Below the pieces are notes generated by a model that had not been told where the DNA came from, did not search any database, and worked only from the letters and a program-made list of their open reading frames with translations. Made by a program: the position numbers and the translations under genes. From the IMG/VR virus record IMGVR_UViG_3300035183_000733, positions 62,001-126,000 of that record: 64,000 bases of DNA; one strand, 5' to 3'. Below, in pieces: positions 30,551 through 40,610 of the stretch (positions are counted from its first letter, which is position 1; each line of letters opens with the position of its first letter).

Positions 30551-31407
30551 AGTTATTCTTGTTTGTCAGTGATGATTTCTTTACCCAGCTACCGTTATCA
30601 AGTCTAACGCACTTGTCTCGTCTAACCCACACCGTCGTTTTGTGATCGATCTTAACGGGAACCTTCCCCTCATTCACGAGCTCCTCCTGCGCTTGCGCAA
30701 TGGTCTTCTGCTTGTAATTTCTTTTGAACTCCGCGAACTTCTCGTTCGCAGCAGAAGCCGCCTTCCTACGTTCAATCGACTCCAGGGATGGTGCCGACTT
30801 GACGCGCTTCGGTTTCTTTAACTGTTTCTGTTTCTCCTTCTCTTCCTTCCTTCTTGCCTGTTCCTTCTTCTTCTCGCGGATACGCACAAAGTTGGCAAAT
30901 TTACTCCTGGAAATTACCATCAAATCTTCAAAACTGTCGAAGTCTCCTGTTCTATAAACGAGCATCTGCCGTTTCTTTAATGGACCATTCAGTGTCTGCC
31001 ATTTAACAAGGTGCCACCTGGATTTACTGTTGTTCCTGCTCCCGCCCTCAATCTTAGCTCTTGACGCCGCAACCTCCTTGTAGTCCACATTAGACAAGAC
31101 GCGCTCCGAGCTCCGCAAGTTTATCGCAGATATAAGTTTTCTTAAATCCGAGAGCTTCTCCGATCTCACGATTGCTCATGGAGTGCATATTATCGCGCAG
31201 GAATTTTTCGTGGTCCTTGGTGAAAACGAGTCGCTGTCCGTCCTTACTCGCAGTCGCTATAATAGCGCGTGCTTCTTCAGGAGTTCTTTTCAACCCGAGT
31301 TTAGTCAGAGCCCTGTATATATTTTTTATGCCCGTGCGCTCAGATAGCTCCGAATTCTTAGTAGTTCTAAAGTTATCTCTCAGGAATAATTCTGTTTCTT
31401 TATCCAT
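30390..31407 (-). pseudogene. Frameshift-split degenerate HNH-type DNA-binding gene
   Basis: 31090-31407 has two FLRDN..N.E repeats; the next frame continues with HLVKWQTLNGP...EDLMVISR, a degenerate phage HNH core; shift near 31090-31105. Confidence 0.5.
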
Positions 31408-31408
31408 C

Positions 31409-33427
31409 TTACAGTGAATTGATTAGGTCCTCGTACGTCATAATCTTGATGCCCTTCTTCTCTGCGTCCTTCATCTTAGAGGTTTTAGAAGTATACGAAT
31501 CGGTAATAAGCAGAGACGCTTTGGCCAGCTTGCCGTGCACATACCCGTAACGTGCGACGTAATTAACAAACTCCTCCTTCGTCTTGTATCCGGCGCTTTC
31601 CGGGCTTCCAGTCATCTCGAATACGATAGCGCCTGCGGCAATCTGCTTCGGCATATTAACTGTGATGCCGTTATCCTTTAAAACTCCGAGGAAAGACTTT
31701 ATGGACTGGGACTGCCAAGAGTTGGCATTTAAGAACGGGTCCACAACCGCCTTCTCCAATCCCATGTTGTCGAAATTCTGTATGCGACCGGCAACGAGGT
31801 CTGCAACCGCCTTTGACCCTGTATCGCCGAGGCCATCAAATTGTAGTGCGAGAATCGCTTTGTCAAGGTCAACCTGTTTGATGGCCTTTATAGCGTTCAG
31901 GACAAGCTCGAGCTGACGTCCAGGCTTGAATACTCCGGCCTTACATAATGCCTGAGTGTTGAATTTGGTGGCATCGAAAACGTCGAAGATGGTCTTAACG
32001 CCGGACTTGATGAGGCCCTCGCAAGTGGAATCGCCGATCCCTTTAACTTTCAACGCGGATATACCAAGAGAAAGTTTGCGAGTGAGTTTACCGGAGCAAT
32101 CGGGGTTGTTGCACATCAAGTGCTCGGTGGGCGCATCATTTTTTTTGTTCGTAGAGTAAACCTCAACATCGATGTTGCCTCCGCAAGCGGGGCAACACGT
32201 AGGGAAGAAGTTCTTGTCGCGGATATATTTGGCGCTATCCGGAGACGGCTGAACTATTTTGATAATTTGCGGGATGATGTCACCGGCCTTGCGGATGGTA
32301 ACCACCGCGCCCGGGAACGTACCGCTCGCGATAATACGCGACTTGTTGTACAACGAAACTCTCGTAATCTCGGAACCGTCAAGATCAACCGGCTCGAGTA
32401 TGCCAACTGGGCTCAGCTCGCCGGTATAACCAACTTCCCAAACGTGTGAAATGATTTTTGTGGTAACCTCTTTGGCAGGGAACTTCAATGCAATCGCCCA
32501 TTTTGGATGACGGCTGTTCTCCCCAATAGCAGCGCGCTTGTTCTCAGGGGTCTTGAATACGATACCGTCAAGCTGGAACGGAGACTGCACCTCGCGGTAA
32601 TGCTTGAATATGTCGTACACTCTACGGTAATCCTGCGCGTTCTGGATTGTCTCAACGCGAACCGGATAGTCCTTGTTGAAGCCGAAGCGCTCGAGGTTTG
32701 CCATTGCGTCTTCCACGTAGTGTACTCTTCCGTTCTGGTGTACCTTCACAGAGTACGCCACGAACGCGCAATCTGACGAGCGCTCGTCCTTATCGTTGTT
32801 GGGATTCAATATGCCGGCAACCAGGTTGCGCGGGTTCTTAAAATCCTTCTGGTATTTGTTTTTGAAAATGGTCATCGGCATACAGACCTCTCCGCGTATC
32901 TCGATGTCCTTGTCGACCGGGAGCTGCTCTGGGATACCCATGGTGAGCAGCTTCTTTGTGACGTCACCTCCCTTGCCGTGTTCTCCTCGTGTTATCGCCA
33001 GCTTAAGCTTTCCGCCACGGTACTGAAGCTCAATTGCGTTACCATCGAATTTGGGAGTTGCCTCGAGCGGATACGTGTGTGTCGCGTTCCACGATTGGAT
33101 CTCCGCCAAAGGGAAGTTATCCTCATCGTTAACCTGAATCTTCTCAAGAGAAAGCATCGGACTCATGTGCGGGTGTATGAGCTTGTCGCGGTCGCCGTCG
33201 GCGCCACCGACCTTCTGTGTGACTTTGGAATCTTCAGACTCCAACCACAACTCCAGCCTGTCAAATTGCGGGTCTGACATGATAGGGTCTCCGCTGTAGT
33301 AGCGGTCCTTAGCCTTAAGGTACAGGGTTTCTTTTTCTTTGAGACTCATCTTCTTTAGACGAGATTCGAAACTGGCATCGGTGATGCCAATGAACGTGTC
33401 CTCTGTGTCGAATAAACTTTTTGCCAT
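31409..33427 (-). CDS. ligA: NAD-dependent DNA ligase
   Basis: YY.G.P.MSD..FD, PMLSL, KFDG, EIRGE, NPRN, DGIVFK, KAGDIIP, Zn finger, C-terminal BRCT. Confidence 0.95.
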   Translation of the reverse strand: MAKSLFDTEDTFIGITDASFESRLKKMSLKEKETLYLKAKDRYYSGDPIMSDPQFDRLELWLESEDSKVTQKVGGADGDRDKLIHPHMSPMLSLEKIQVNDEDNFPLAEIQSWNATHTYPLEATPKFDGNAIELQYRGGKLKLAITRGEHGKGGDVTKKLLTMGIPEQLPVDKDIEIRGEVCMPMTIFKNKYQKDFKNPRNLVAGILNPNNDKDERSSDCAFVAYSVKVHQNGRVHYVEDAMANLERFGFNKDYPVRVETIQNAQDYRRVYDIFKHYREVQSPFQLDGIVFKTPENKRAAIGENSRHPKWAIALKFPAKEVTTKIISHVWEVGYTGELSPVGILEPVDLDGSEITRVSLYNKSRIIASGTFPGAVVTIRKAGDIIPQIIKIVQPSPDSAKYIRDKNFFPTCCPACGGNIDVEVYSTNKKNDAPTEHLMCNNPDCSGKLTRKLSLGISALKVKGIGDSTCEGLIKSGVKTIFDVFDATKFNTQALCKAGVFKPGRQLELVLNAIKAIKQVDLDKAILALQFDGLGDTGSKAVADLVAGRIQNFDNMGLEKAVVDPFLNANSWQSQSIKSFLGVLKDNGITVNMPKQIAAGAIVFEMTGSPESAGYKTKEEFVNYVARYGYVHGKLAKASLLITDSYTSKTSKMKDAEKKGIKIMTYEDLINSL

Positions 33428-33833
33428 TGTGCGAATTTACTAATTATTTTGTTTTCGGAAATTCTTCTGTGGTTCACCGGGTCGGTTTCCGGCAAAACCT
33501 CGTAATACAGTCCTTTCCGCTGGATACCCTCTTAGGGTTCAAGAAATTTGTAAAATCTCAGAGGGGACACATATACATGCAGAAGATCGACGGAACCTGC
33601 CAATGCGGAGGGTCCGTGACATCTGGCAAGAGACTGTAGATATAGGCGAGGCACCTAACGAGAGGATGGTCGAAAAAGCCAGTTCTACGAGGAGAGCGTC
33701 GACAAGTCGTATCTGAACAACTGGTGCGACGAGTCCTGCGACGAGATCAAATCGCTGATCGAACAACCTTCGATTGCAACAAGATCCCTTCATGAAACGG
33801 GTCTGCCTCCAGCGTTGGCGCTATTGTTTTCAT

Positions 33834-34085
33834 TTACTTTATGATCGCGCCATCGTCGATGCTCGCGCGCTGGCGGATGCTCGCGCACCGACCGATTTTC
33901 GCGCCTTCGCCGATGCTCGCGCCTTCGCCGATGTTCGCGCGGGGGCCGATGCTCGCGTCCCATCCGATGCTCGCGCGCTGGCCGATGCTAATGCCACGCT
34001 TTTTGAACTCAGCGGAGATGTCGCTGAGTTTATCGTACTCGAATGTTTCCCACCGTGACTGAGTAAAAAGTTTTACCGATTTCAT
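33834..34085 (-). CDS. Truncated duplicate of the hexapeptide-repeat protein
   Basis: First ~40 codons near-identical to 34082-34969; short repeat run; C-domain missing. Confidence 0.65.
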   Translation of the reverse strand: MKSVKLFTQSRWETFEYDKLSDISAEFKKRGISIGQRASIGWDASIGPRANIGEGASIGEGAKIGRCASIRQRASIDDGAIIK

Positions 34086-34969
34086 CCGATGTGAGACAGC
34101 GCGTTTTTCTCATGCAAATTTGCAATCAACTCGATGTAGTTGCCATACTCCGCGATCTCTTCTGCGCTGTAATCTTCGGTTTCACCGACGCTCTTGAGGT
34201 TATTTTGCCAATATTTTATAGAGTATTTCATGCAGCCGATTTGAATCTCATCTGAGCCCCAATATGACACGTGATGTCTTGAGCCGTTGAAGCTGAGAGA
34301 GCGCACGATAACGCATTCCTCGATGATCGCGCCCCGGCCGATGTTCGCGCGGGGGCCGATGATCGCGCCGTCGCCGATGATCGCGCCCCATCCGACGTTC
34401 GCGCGGGGGCCGATGCTCGCGCCTTCGCCGATGCTCGCGCGTGGGCCGATGCTCGCGCCTTCGCCGATGCTCGCGCGTGGGCCGATGCTCGCGCCTTCGC
34501 CGATGCTCGCGCCTTCGCCGATGTTCGTGCCCCGGCCGATGATCGCGCGGGGGGCGATGCTCGCGCCTTCGCCGATGCTCGCGCCTTCGCCGATGCTCGC
34601 GCCTTCGCCGATGCTCGCGCCTTCGCCGATGTTCGTGCGGGGGTCGATGCTTGCGCCTTCGCCGATGATCGCGCGGGGGGCGATGCTCGCGCCCCATCCG
34701 ATGCTCGCGCGGGGGGCGATGCTCGCGCCTTCGCCGATGCTCGCGCCTTCGCCGATGCTCGCGCCTTCGCCGATGCTCGCGCCTTCGCCGATGCTCGCGC
34801 CTTCGCCGATGCTCGCGCCTTCGCCGATGCTCGCGCCTTCGCCGATGCTCACGCGCTGGCCGATGCTAATGCCGCGCTTTTTGAACTCAGCGGAGATGTC
34901 GCTGAGTTTATCGTACTCGAATGTTTCCCACTGTGACTGAGTAAAAAGTTTTACGGTTTTCATTGTCAT
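34082..34969 (-). CDS. Hexapeptide-repeat (left-handed beta-helix) protein
   Basis: ~30 IGEGAS-type hexads followed by GSRH..IQIGC...YW C-domain. Confidence 0.8.
   Translation of the reverse strand: MTMKTVKLFTQSQWETFEYDKLSDISAEFKKRGISIGQRVSIGEGASIGEGASIGEGASIGEGASIGEGASIGEGASIGEGASIAPRASIGWGASIAPRAIIGEGASIDPRTNIGEGASIGEGASIGEGASIGEGASIAPRAIIGRGTNIGEGASIGEGASIGPRASIGEGASIGPRASIGEGASIGPRANVGWGAIIGDGAIIGPRANIGRGAIIEECVIVRSLSFNGSRHHVSYWGSDEIQIGCMKYSIKYWQNNLKSVGETEDYSAEEIAEYGNYIELIANLHEKNALSHIG
34320..34866. repeat. 18-bp tandem repeat (CGCCGATGCTCGCGCCTT and variants)
   Basis: Directly visible GC-rich tandem array inside the gene. Confidence 0.95.
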
Positions 34970-35077
34970 GATTTTGATTGATTTTATAGTGAAGATAAGA
35001 AGTTTTTTTTAATATATGGAAGCATAACAACAAAAAAAATTCCAAAAAAAAACGGGTGACTTTTATAGCCACCCGTC

Positions 35078-35210
35078 TGTATTCTCGACAGGTCTACCAT
35101 CAGGACCTCAGGATTGGTAGGAAAAACAATCGAAGGTTTTAACGCCTTCCTCGCCGACCAGAAGAAAGAGTCTGGAAACGCGAAGCTAACGCTGTGCCTT
35201 TTTGACGGAG
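35078..35210 (+). pseudogene. vWA-domain gene remnant
   Basis: CILDRS...GL..KTIEGFNAFLADQKKESGNAKLTLCLFD matches a vWA N-terminus; no start codon, DxSxS broken, truncated. Confidence 0.6.
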
Positions 35211-35276
35211 ATGATGTCCGTAGAACCCGACTTGATTCTTACATGTTCCATTGTTGTCGTATTTGTTTTTGTTAAT

Positions 35277-36050
35277 CTATAGTAACTCGCCGCACGATGG
35301 GCAGTACTTCCAGCTTGACTTGCGTATCCTGTTGCGGCATCCAGGGCAATACTGGCGTATCTTGGAAGCCTCAACCGGCTGCATCGACATTGGCAGTATC
35401 TGGTACTCGCTGTTCGCGAAGCTGTAGTACTCGAAAGTCCCGTGATACGTGTCGAAGCTCTGTCCGCTCGCATTACCAGCCTCTATCCTCCCGGTCTCAA
35501 CCTCGTTGAGACTTGATAAGCTGTCGTGCGTGACATTGTTGCACTGAACGTCCCCAATGTTGGCACTGAGGTCCTGGCTAAACAGAGATCGGGCGTCTCC
35601 GGTCGTGGACCTGTACAGCGGACCCATGCCGCTGCCTGTATTTGTGATGTTGAGGCTCGTCCCACCCACACCCCAGGTTATCATGGTGTACGGACGGCAC
35701 TCGCGGTAGAACTCCACCCTGACGAACCCGTTTCGCGATATGGCATGTCTCGCCTCCGGCGTGTCACCCACCTTGTAGGTGTTGAACACGAACTTGCGAT
35801 CCTTGTCGATGTACCGACGAAGCACATCTCTCTCACCCGGGCGAAGCACGACCATCCTGCCGGATATGGCTTTGCCGTTGATGAAGATCTTGGCGCCGAT
35901 AGTGTTCTGTGTTGGATTGAAAAGCTCTATCAAGAACTCCTGGCCGTCTTGGAGATAGACTTTGCTGCCTCCGTAGATTTTGAGTCTGTTTTGGTCCCTG
36001 CCAACGGCCAAATAGGCAGCAGGCGACGAACTCGTTGAAGTTGTCTTCAT
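35277..36050 (-). CDS. Hypothetical protein with C-terminal zinc ribbon
   Basis: YCPGC...WKYCPSCG; N-terminal beta domain. Confidence 0.8.
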   Translation of the reverse strand: MKTTSTSSSPAAYLAVGRDQNRLKIYGGSKVYLQDGQEFLIELFNPTQNTIGAKIFINGKAISGRMVVLRPGERDVLRRYIDKDRKFVFNTYKVGDTPEARHAISRNGFVRVEFYRECRPYTMITWGVGGTSLNITNTGSGMGPLYRSTTGDARSLFSQDLSANIGDVQCNNVTHDSLSSLNEVETGRIEAGNASGQSFDTYHGTFEYYSFANSEYQILPMSMQPVEASKIRQYCPGCRNRIRKSSWKYCPSCGELL

Positions 36051-36079
36051 GTTACTTGTTTTGTTTATTTTGCAATAAA

Positions 36080-36146
36080 TTCGGCAAATGCTATCGGCGC
36101 CTATGGAACGCCTCGAGGGTGTGTTTAGTACCCAGCACTCACTGAA
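36080..36146 (-). ncRNA. Candidate three-way-junction 5'UTR RNA
   Basis: UUCAGUGAGUGCU pairs with AGCAUUUGCCGAA (12/13, including G-U) and encloses GGG/CCC and GGCG/CGCC hairpins. Confidence 0.45.
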
Positions 36147-36190
36147 CGTAAGTACCCTTTATATATCGCGCGGATAAAATGTTTCAAGCG

Positions 36191-36218
36191 AAAGGCCCCA
36201 GATTTTCTGGGGCTTTTT
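36191..36218. terminator. Intrinsic terminator
   Basis: GCCCCAGA-TTT-TCTGGGGC flanked by A/T runs. Confidence 0.75.
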
Positions 36219-36279
36219 GTCATTATCATTTCACTATTTAAGTACGGTACTATTTGACACGGTCGTCCATCCTGGTCGA

Positions 36280-36606
36280 TCAATTTACTTTTTCCTGTAA
36301 GCTTTCATCGAACCCGTCAAACCAGCCCTTCTTCTCGCCGTACTTGACGTGCTCGTCCTCGAGTTGTGACTTGTCGCCCTCCACCGAGTTTATCATCACC
36401 TGGAGCTGGAAGTCTATCGCCTCCGGCGTGATCTCGCCGAGCTTTAACGGCATCAGGAAGAAGAAGTACTCCGTGCCCGACTGCATGTCATCCAGCACCT
36501 TCTTCTGCTCTGGGGTCGCGACCTTCATGACCTCCTTGGACTTGGCCTCGTTGTCCCTCTGGCGCTGATCTCGCTCGCCCTCGTTGAACAATTTCAGGTA
36601 CTTCAT
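36280..36606 (-). CDS. Hypothetical protein with capsid-targeting-like leader
   Basis: MKYLKLFNEG. Confidence 0.75.
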   Translation of the reverse strand: MKYLKLFNEGERDQRQRDNEAKSKEVMKVATPEQKKVLDDMQSGTEYFFFLMPLKLGEITPEAIDFQLQVMINSVEGDKSQLEDEHVKYGEKKGWFDGFDESLQEKVN

Positions 36607-36620
36607 TGTGATTCGTTGTT

Positions 36621-37769
36621 TTAGTTGTACGCTTGCTGCGCTATCATTTTTTTTGCCTTCGCCAGATCAGAAACCGAATCGAGTATGCGCATGGCCTTCT
36701 GCAAGGTCCTCCAGTCAATCTTGATCTTAGGATCCTCCTTCGCTATCGCTTTTATGGTGCTCAGCGCAAACTTCTTCGCTTCCATGCTCTCTTCGGGCAT
36801 GAATCCCTTTATATTCTTCTCCATGTACTCTGCCATGTCCTTAGGTCTCAACGCTCCCTCCACTATGAACGAGCGGCTCTTCAGCGCCGGCGGCAGTGAC
36901 TTTATCGACTTGTTGCTTATGAATATTATCTTACCCTTGAACTCGAACCTCTTTGGAACGGGCTTGTCGTCAGACGTCCTTAGCTTGCTTGCCTTCGCCC
37001 ACGATATTTCCCTGTCATCGGAGTCGAGCGCTCCCTTCAACACATTGACGCCATCCTTGTCATCGAACACACCGTCGCAGTCGTCGAACAGGATGAACTT
37101 CCCGTTGTTCTCGTACAGCTGCGTGTACAAACCGACCGCGGAGGCGGTTCCGGTTATCTTCACGTAATCTACGTCGCGCTTCATTCCCGCTGCATCGAGG
37201 CGGTCCTTGACGATCCTCGTCTTGCCGAGACCTGGCATGCCGGTCAGCATGAGCGCCGGCTGCTTGCCCTTGATTACCATGTCAACGTACGAACGTATCT
37301 GGTCGAACAGCTCGTCCTCATCGTCCGCAAAGATGTACTCGTCGTCAACCTTAGCGTCCTCTGTAGTATCTTCCTTAGCCTTGGGCGCGGCGATGGTCAG
37401 ATCGGTTTCCTTCTCGTTAACCTTCGGGTTGTTAACCAGCTCCGGGAGCTGCGGCACAATATCGTCAACGCTCATCTTGTTAGCATACACGGTGGCCACT
37501 GGTCCCTTCGATTCCGGCTTCCAGATGTCAATACTGTACAGCTTGTTGGTCGCCTTGACGATGTTCAGTGCGAACGACTGCATCTTGTCGTTGCTGAAAA
37601 GTATGGCGGTCTGCACGGGTTCCCCCGGGCGCTTGAATGTGTGGAGGTCCTTGACAACATTAAGCTTGCCCATATCCGGTTCAACCGCAGTCTTCACCTT
37701 GTCCACTATGTCGTCGAACTGTGCAGCCTCGTTGAGGTTGCTCCATCCGTCAAAGCCAAGTACCCTCAT
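36621..37769 (-). CDS. AAA+ ATPase with capsid-targeting-like leader
   Basis: MRVLGFDGWSNLNEA; GMPGLGKT, ILFDDCD, LKGALDS, FISN, ALKSRS. Confidence 0.85.
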   Translation of the reverse strand: MRVLGFDGWSNLNEAAQFDDIVDKVKTAVEPDMGKLNVVKDLHTFKRPGEPVQTAILFSNDKMQSFALNIVKATNKLYSIDIWKPESKGPVATVYANKMSVDDIVPQLPELVNNPKVNEKETDLTIAAPKAKEDTTEDAKVDDEYIFADDEDELFDQIRSYVDMVIKGKQPALMLTGMPGLGKTRIVKDRLDAAGMKRDVDYVKITGTASAVGLYTQLYENNGKFILFDDCDGVFDDKDGVNVLKGALDSDDREISWAKASKLRTSDDKPVPKRFEFKGKIIFISNKSIKSLPPALKSRSFIVEGALRPKDMAEYMEKNIKGFMPEESMEAKKFALSTIKAIAKEDPKIKIDWRTLQKAMRILDSVSDLAKAKKMIAQQAYN

Positions 37770-37773
37770 TGTA

Positions 37774-39117
37774 TTATCCTTTGTTATATGTATCGAACAA
37801 CTCCTCGAGCTCTATGTCCGTCAGACTGCCGTCGAGCTTGTTTTTCTTTTTCTTGTACTCGTAAACCTTGCCTGCGAAATTAACAATACTCATCTGCAAT
37901 GTGCGCATCTTCATCTCCTTATTGTCTCTCTTGTACGCGAACGTCAGCTTGCCGAACAGAGACACCAGGTCGTCCTTCAGCAGCTCGTACCTCTCGTCGG
38001 ATATTGGGCCGGTAGTGTCCTCTATTATGGACTTGGCGTCCTTGAAGAACTTGTCAGTCTCCTTTGTTAGGTCCTCGATCACATCCTTCGCGTCGTCGCC
38101 GACCTTATCTATGGAGTTCTGTATGGTGTCCGCAACGTTTTCCTTGCCGATCTCCGGGGTTGTCACTGGAGTGACCACCTCGGGGTCGCTCTTCACCTCG
38201 TCCTTAACCTTTGCGGAGAACCCAGCCTTCTGCAGGTAGTCTATCTTCTTCTCGAGCGTGCTTATTATGTGCTTGGCCGTGCTCTCGAGCGACGTGCTCG
38301 GACCCTTCTTAGTCTCATCCGCAAGCTTGTCTTTGACTCTCTTTATCTTGCTCGCAAGGTACACCTCGAGGTTCTTCTTTTTCTTGTCGTCGGCCGCTAT
38401 CTCGTCAAGCTCGTCCCTGACGTCGTTCAGATCCTTGTACACCATATCGTCTATATCATCCACGCCGAGCTTTGACAGCGTGCTTTCGCCCGCCCCCCTG
38501 AACTCGCGCATCGAGCCAGTAGATTGTCCGCCATACTTCTTCTTGAACTCTTCCTCCTTCTTGCGCGCGTTCTCTGTGTCGACCTCCACCTTCTTGTAGA
38601 GCGTGTCGACCGTGTCCTTGTCGGACAGTTTCTTCAACTTCTTGTAGCTCTCGTTGGCGACCTCTTCGTCGGCCTTGGCCTTTGCCATGAGGTAGTAATC
38701 GCCGAGCCGTGCGTTACCCTTTATTATGTGCTGCGCCTGGCGCGACAACGCATCGTTGACCTCGTCCCTTGACGAGTCCACAACCCTGAGCAGCTTGTCC
38801 GCCCTCTGCTTCATCTCAAGATACTTCTCTTTCTCAGATGGGTCGCTCGTCTGGCGCATCAACGCGTCTGCCTCGTTGAACTTGAAGTTGGCGTCCGCCC
38901 ACTTAGCCCAGTAGTCATGTTCGTTGGACTTGTACTTGGAGATTATCTTGTCGAGCTTGTCGATCTTACCGCCAAGCAGCTTGGAGAAGTAGTTCATTAT
39001 GCTCGAGAATATGCCCTCGCTCAGGTTCTCCGACTCCATCAGCGAAGTTAGCTCCGCCATATCGACGCCCCCATCGATAGCATTCTTTATTTTCTCAAAC
39101 TGATGGAACTTTATCAT
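37774..39117 (-). CDS. Coiled-coil protein with capsid-targeting-like leader
   Basis: MIKFHQFEKI...LMESENLSEGIFS; N-half paralogous to 39117-39866. Confidence 0.75.
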   Translation of the reverse strand: MIKFHQFEKIKNAIDGGVDMAELTSLMESENLSEGIFSSIMNYFSKLLGGKIDKLDKIISKYKSNEHDYWAKWADANFKFNEADALMRQTSDPSEKEKYLEMKQRADKLLRVVDSSRDEVNDALSRQAQHIIKGNARLGDYYLMAKAKADEEVANESYKKLKKLSDKDTVDTLYKKVEVDTENARKKEEEFKKKYGGQSTGSMREFRGAGESTLSKLGVDDIDDMVYKDLNDVRDELDEIAADDKKKKNLEVYLASKIKRVKDKLADETKKGPSTSLESTAKHIISTLEKKIDYLQKAGFSAKVKDEVKSDPEVVTPVTTPEIGKENVADTIQNSIDKVGDDAKDVIEDLTKETDKFFKDAKSIIEDTTGPISDERYELLKDDLVSLFGKLTFAYKRDNKEMKMRTLQMSIVNFAGKVYEYKKKKNKLDGSLTDIELEELFDTYNKG

Positions 39118-39866
39118 TACGCAGCTTTTTTCTGTTCTTGTTCACCCTCTTTCTTACCGCCCTCGACCTTCTCCAGGTCCTTCTTTGCCGTCTCAATCTC
39201 CTTGTCAAGCTGACCCGTGTTCTTAGCGTCCTTGCCGCCCTTGGCTATCTTCTCGAGCTTGGTAGCGTACTTTTGCTTGAGCGCACCGCGCTTCTTCACG
39301 ATGTCCTCGAGCTTCTTCAACTCTTCCTCGGAACCGTAATTCTGCGCATCCTTCATCTCGAGCTCCGCCATCTTCTGTTGTATCTCGGCGACACGCATCT
39401 GTACGTACGACTTCACGCGGTCCGGCTTGTCCTTTACGAACGTCATGAGCCTGTCCTCTATCGCCTGCATCTGCTTATCCTCCGCGTTCTGTACAATCCT
39501 TGACGCACGCTTCATGCGGTCATCGGCTTCAGCCGCGAGGTCTGCAAGATTCTTGTCGTCTTTGTTGGCGTTGGCCTTTATTTTCGCCTTGAACGCAGTA
39601 GTCCTCAGCGAGCCGATCTTCTTCAACGTGTCCTTCTTGATGTTCTCGTAGTCCTTCAGGATCTTCTCGGCCTTGTTTATAGCCCCGCCTGGCAGCGCCT
39701 TGCTGAGCATGTTTTTGAACTTGTCAAATAGTCCTTCGTTGACGCTCTCGATGTCAGAGATGTCCGACTCGTCGAGCCCGTACGACTCGAGTATCTGCTT
39801 GTCTACTTCTTCCGGCGAGTGGTACTCGAGGAGCGAGCTTATCTTTTCGAATTTGCTGAACTTCAT
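39117..39866 (-). CDS. Coiled-coil protein with capsid-targeting-like leader
   Basis: MKFSKFEKI...VNEGLFD..K.LPGGAINKAEKIL. Confidence 0.75.
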   Translation of the reverse strand: MKFSKFEKISSLLEYHSPEEVDKQILESYGLDESDISDIESVNEGLFDKFKNMLSKALPGGAINKAEKILKDYENIKKDTLKKIGSLRTTAFKAKIKANANKDDKNLADLAAEADDRMKRASRIVQNAEDKQMQAIEDRLMTFVKDKPDRVKSYVQMRVAEIQQKMAELEMKDAQNYGSEEELKKLEDIVKKRGALKQKYATKLEKIAKGGKDAKNTGQLDKEIETAKKDLEKVEGGKKEGEQEQKKAA

Positions 39867-39867
39867 G

Positions 39868-40596
39868 TTATTCTCTACTTTCTTTTTCTACACTCGTCGC
39901 CCTGTTGTTCCTGGTGAACTCCTGGTTGTTGTACGAGGCGAAGGTTATTGGCTTGCCGTCGTCCTTGGTCAGTGATGCGACAGCGCTGTAGTACTTGCCC
40001 TTGAACTTGAAGTACACGCCAAACGTAGGCAGGCCCTTAAACGAATCGTACGGTTCGGACACCGCAAAACCTCCGACCTTTATGCCGTCTATCGAGGATA
40101 TGTATATCGGGGGTAGAACGCCGTGCATATCATCATACTTGTCCTCGGTAATAGCGGCTATCTGCTTCACGTTCTTCAGCTCCTCCGGAATTTCCGACTC
40201 ATTAACCACCTCAGTTGCCTGAAAAGATTCGAACGTCTTTATGCCGTAAAGAAACCTGCCGGTGCTCTCCTGAACAATGGACTCGTACTTGCCGAGGTCG
40301 GTAGCCGGCATCTTCTCGAGCTCGCCCTTTATCTTGGCGGCAAACTCGTCCGGCGTTATCCCGAGCAGGTCCGCGATGGTCTCTGTGGATCCGTCGTTCT
40401 CCACTTCGAGTGTGTCTATGTCGAAGTAAACGGTTCCCATCTCGTCCTCGATTGTTTTCTTGCCGGGGCCGGATAGTGTGAAGTCCTCACCGAGCTTTTT
40501 CATTAGCGTGGCCTTTACCTTGTCCTCGAGGTCTCCTATCGCTATCCTGTTTTCGAAACCCTCAAGCAGGGAATCAAGTCTGTCGTATTTGCTCAT
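39868..40596 (-). CDS. Hypothetical protein with internal IKTFESF..VVNES motif
   Basis: 242-aa ORF in the leader-bearing operon. Confidence 0.75.
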   Translation of the reverse strand: MSKYDRLDSLLEGFENRIAIGDLEDKVKATLMKKLGEDFTLSGPGKKTIEDEMGTVYFDIDTLEVENDGSTETIADLLGITPDEFAAKIKGELEKMPATDLGKYESIVQESTGRFLYGIKTFESFQATEVVNESEIPEELKNVKQIAAITEDKYDDMHGVLPPIYISSIDGIKVGGFAVSEPYDSFKGLPTFGVYFKFKGKYYSAVASLTKDDGKPITFASYNNQEFTRNNRATSVEKESRE

Positions 40597-40610
40597 TTGT
40601 GTTTTGGTTT

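Noticed and set aside
33834-34969. Diversity-generating retroelement TR/VR pair
   Set aside because: Differences between the copies (ACC/TCG, CAG/CGG, CGC/CGT, GTG/GCG) are not adenine-specific, and no reverse transcriptase is in the window
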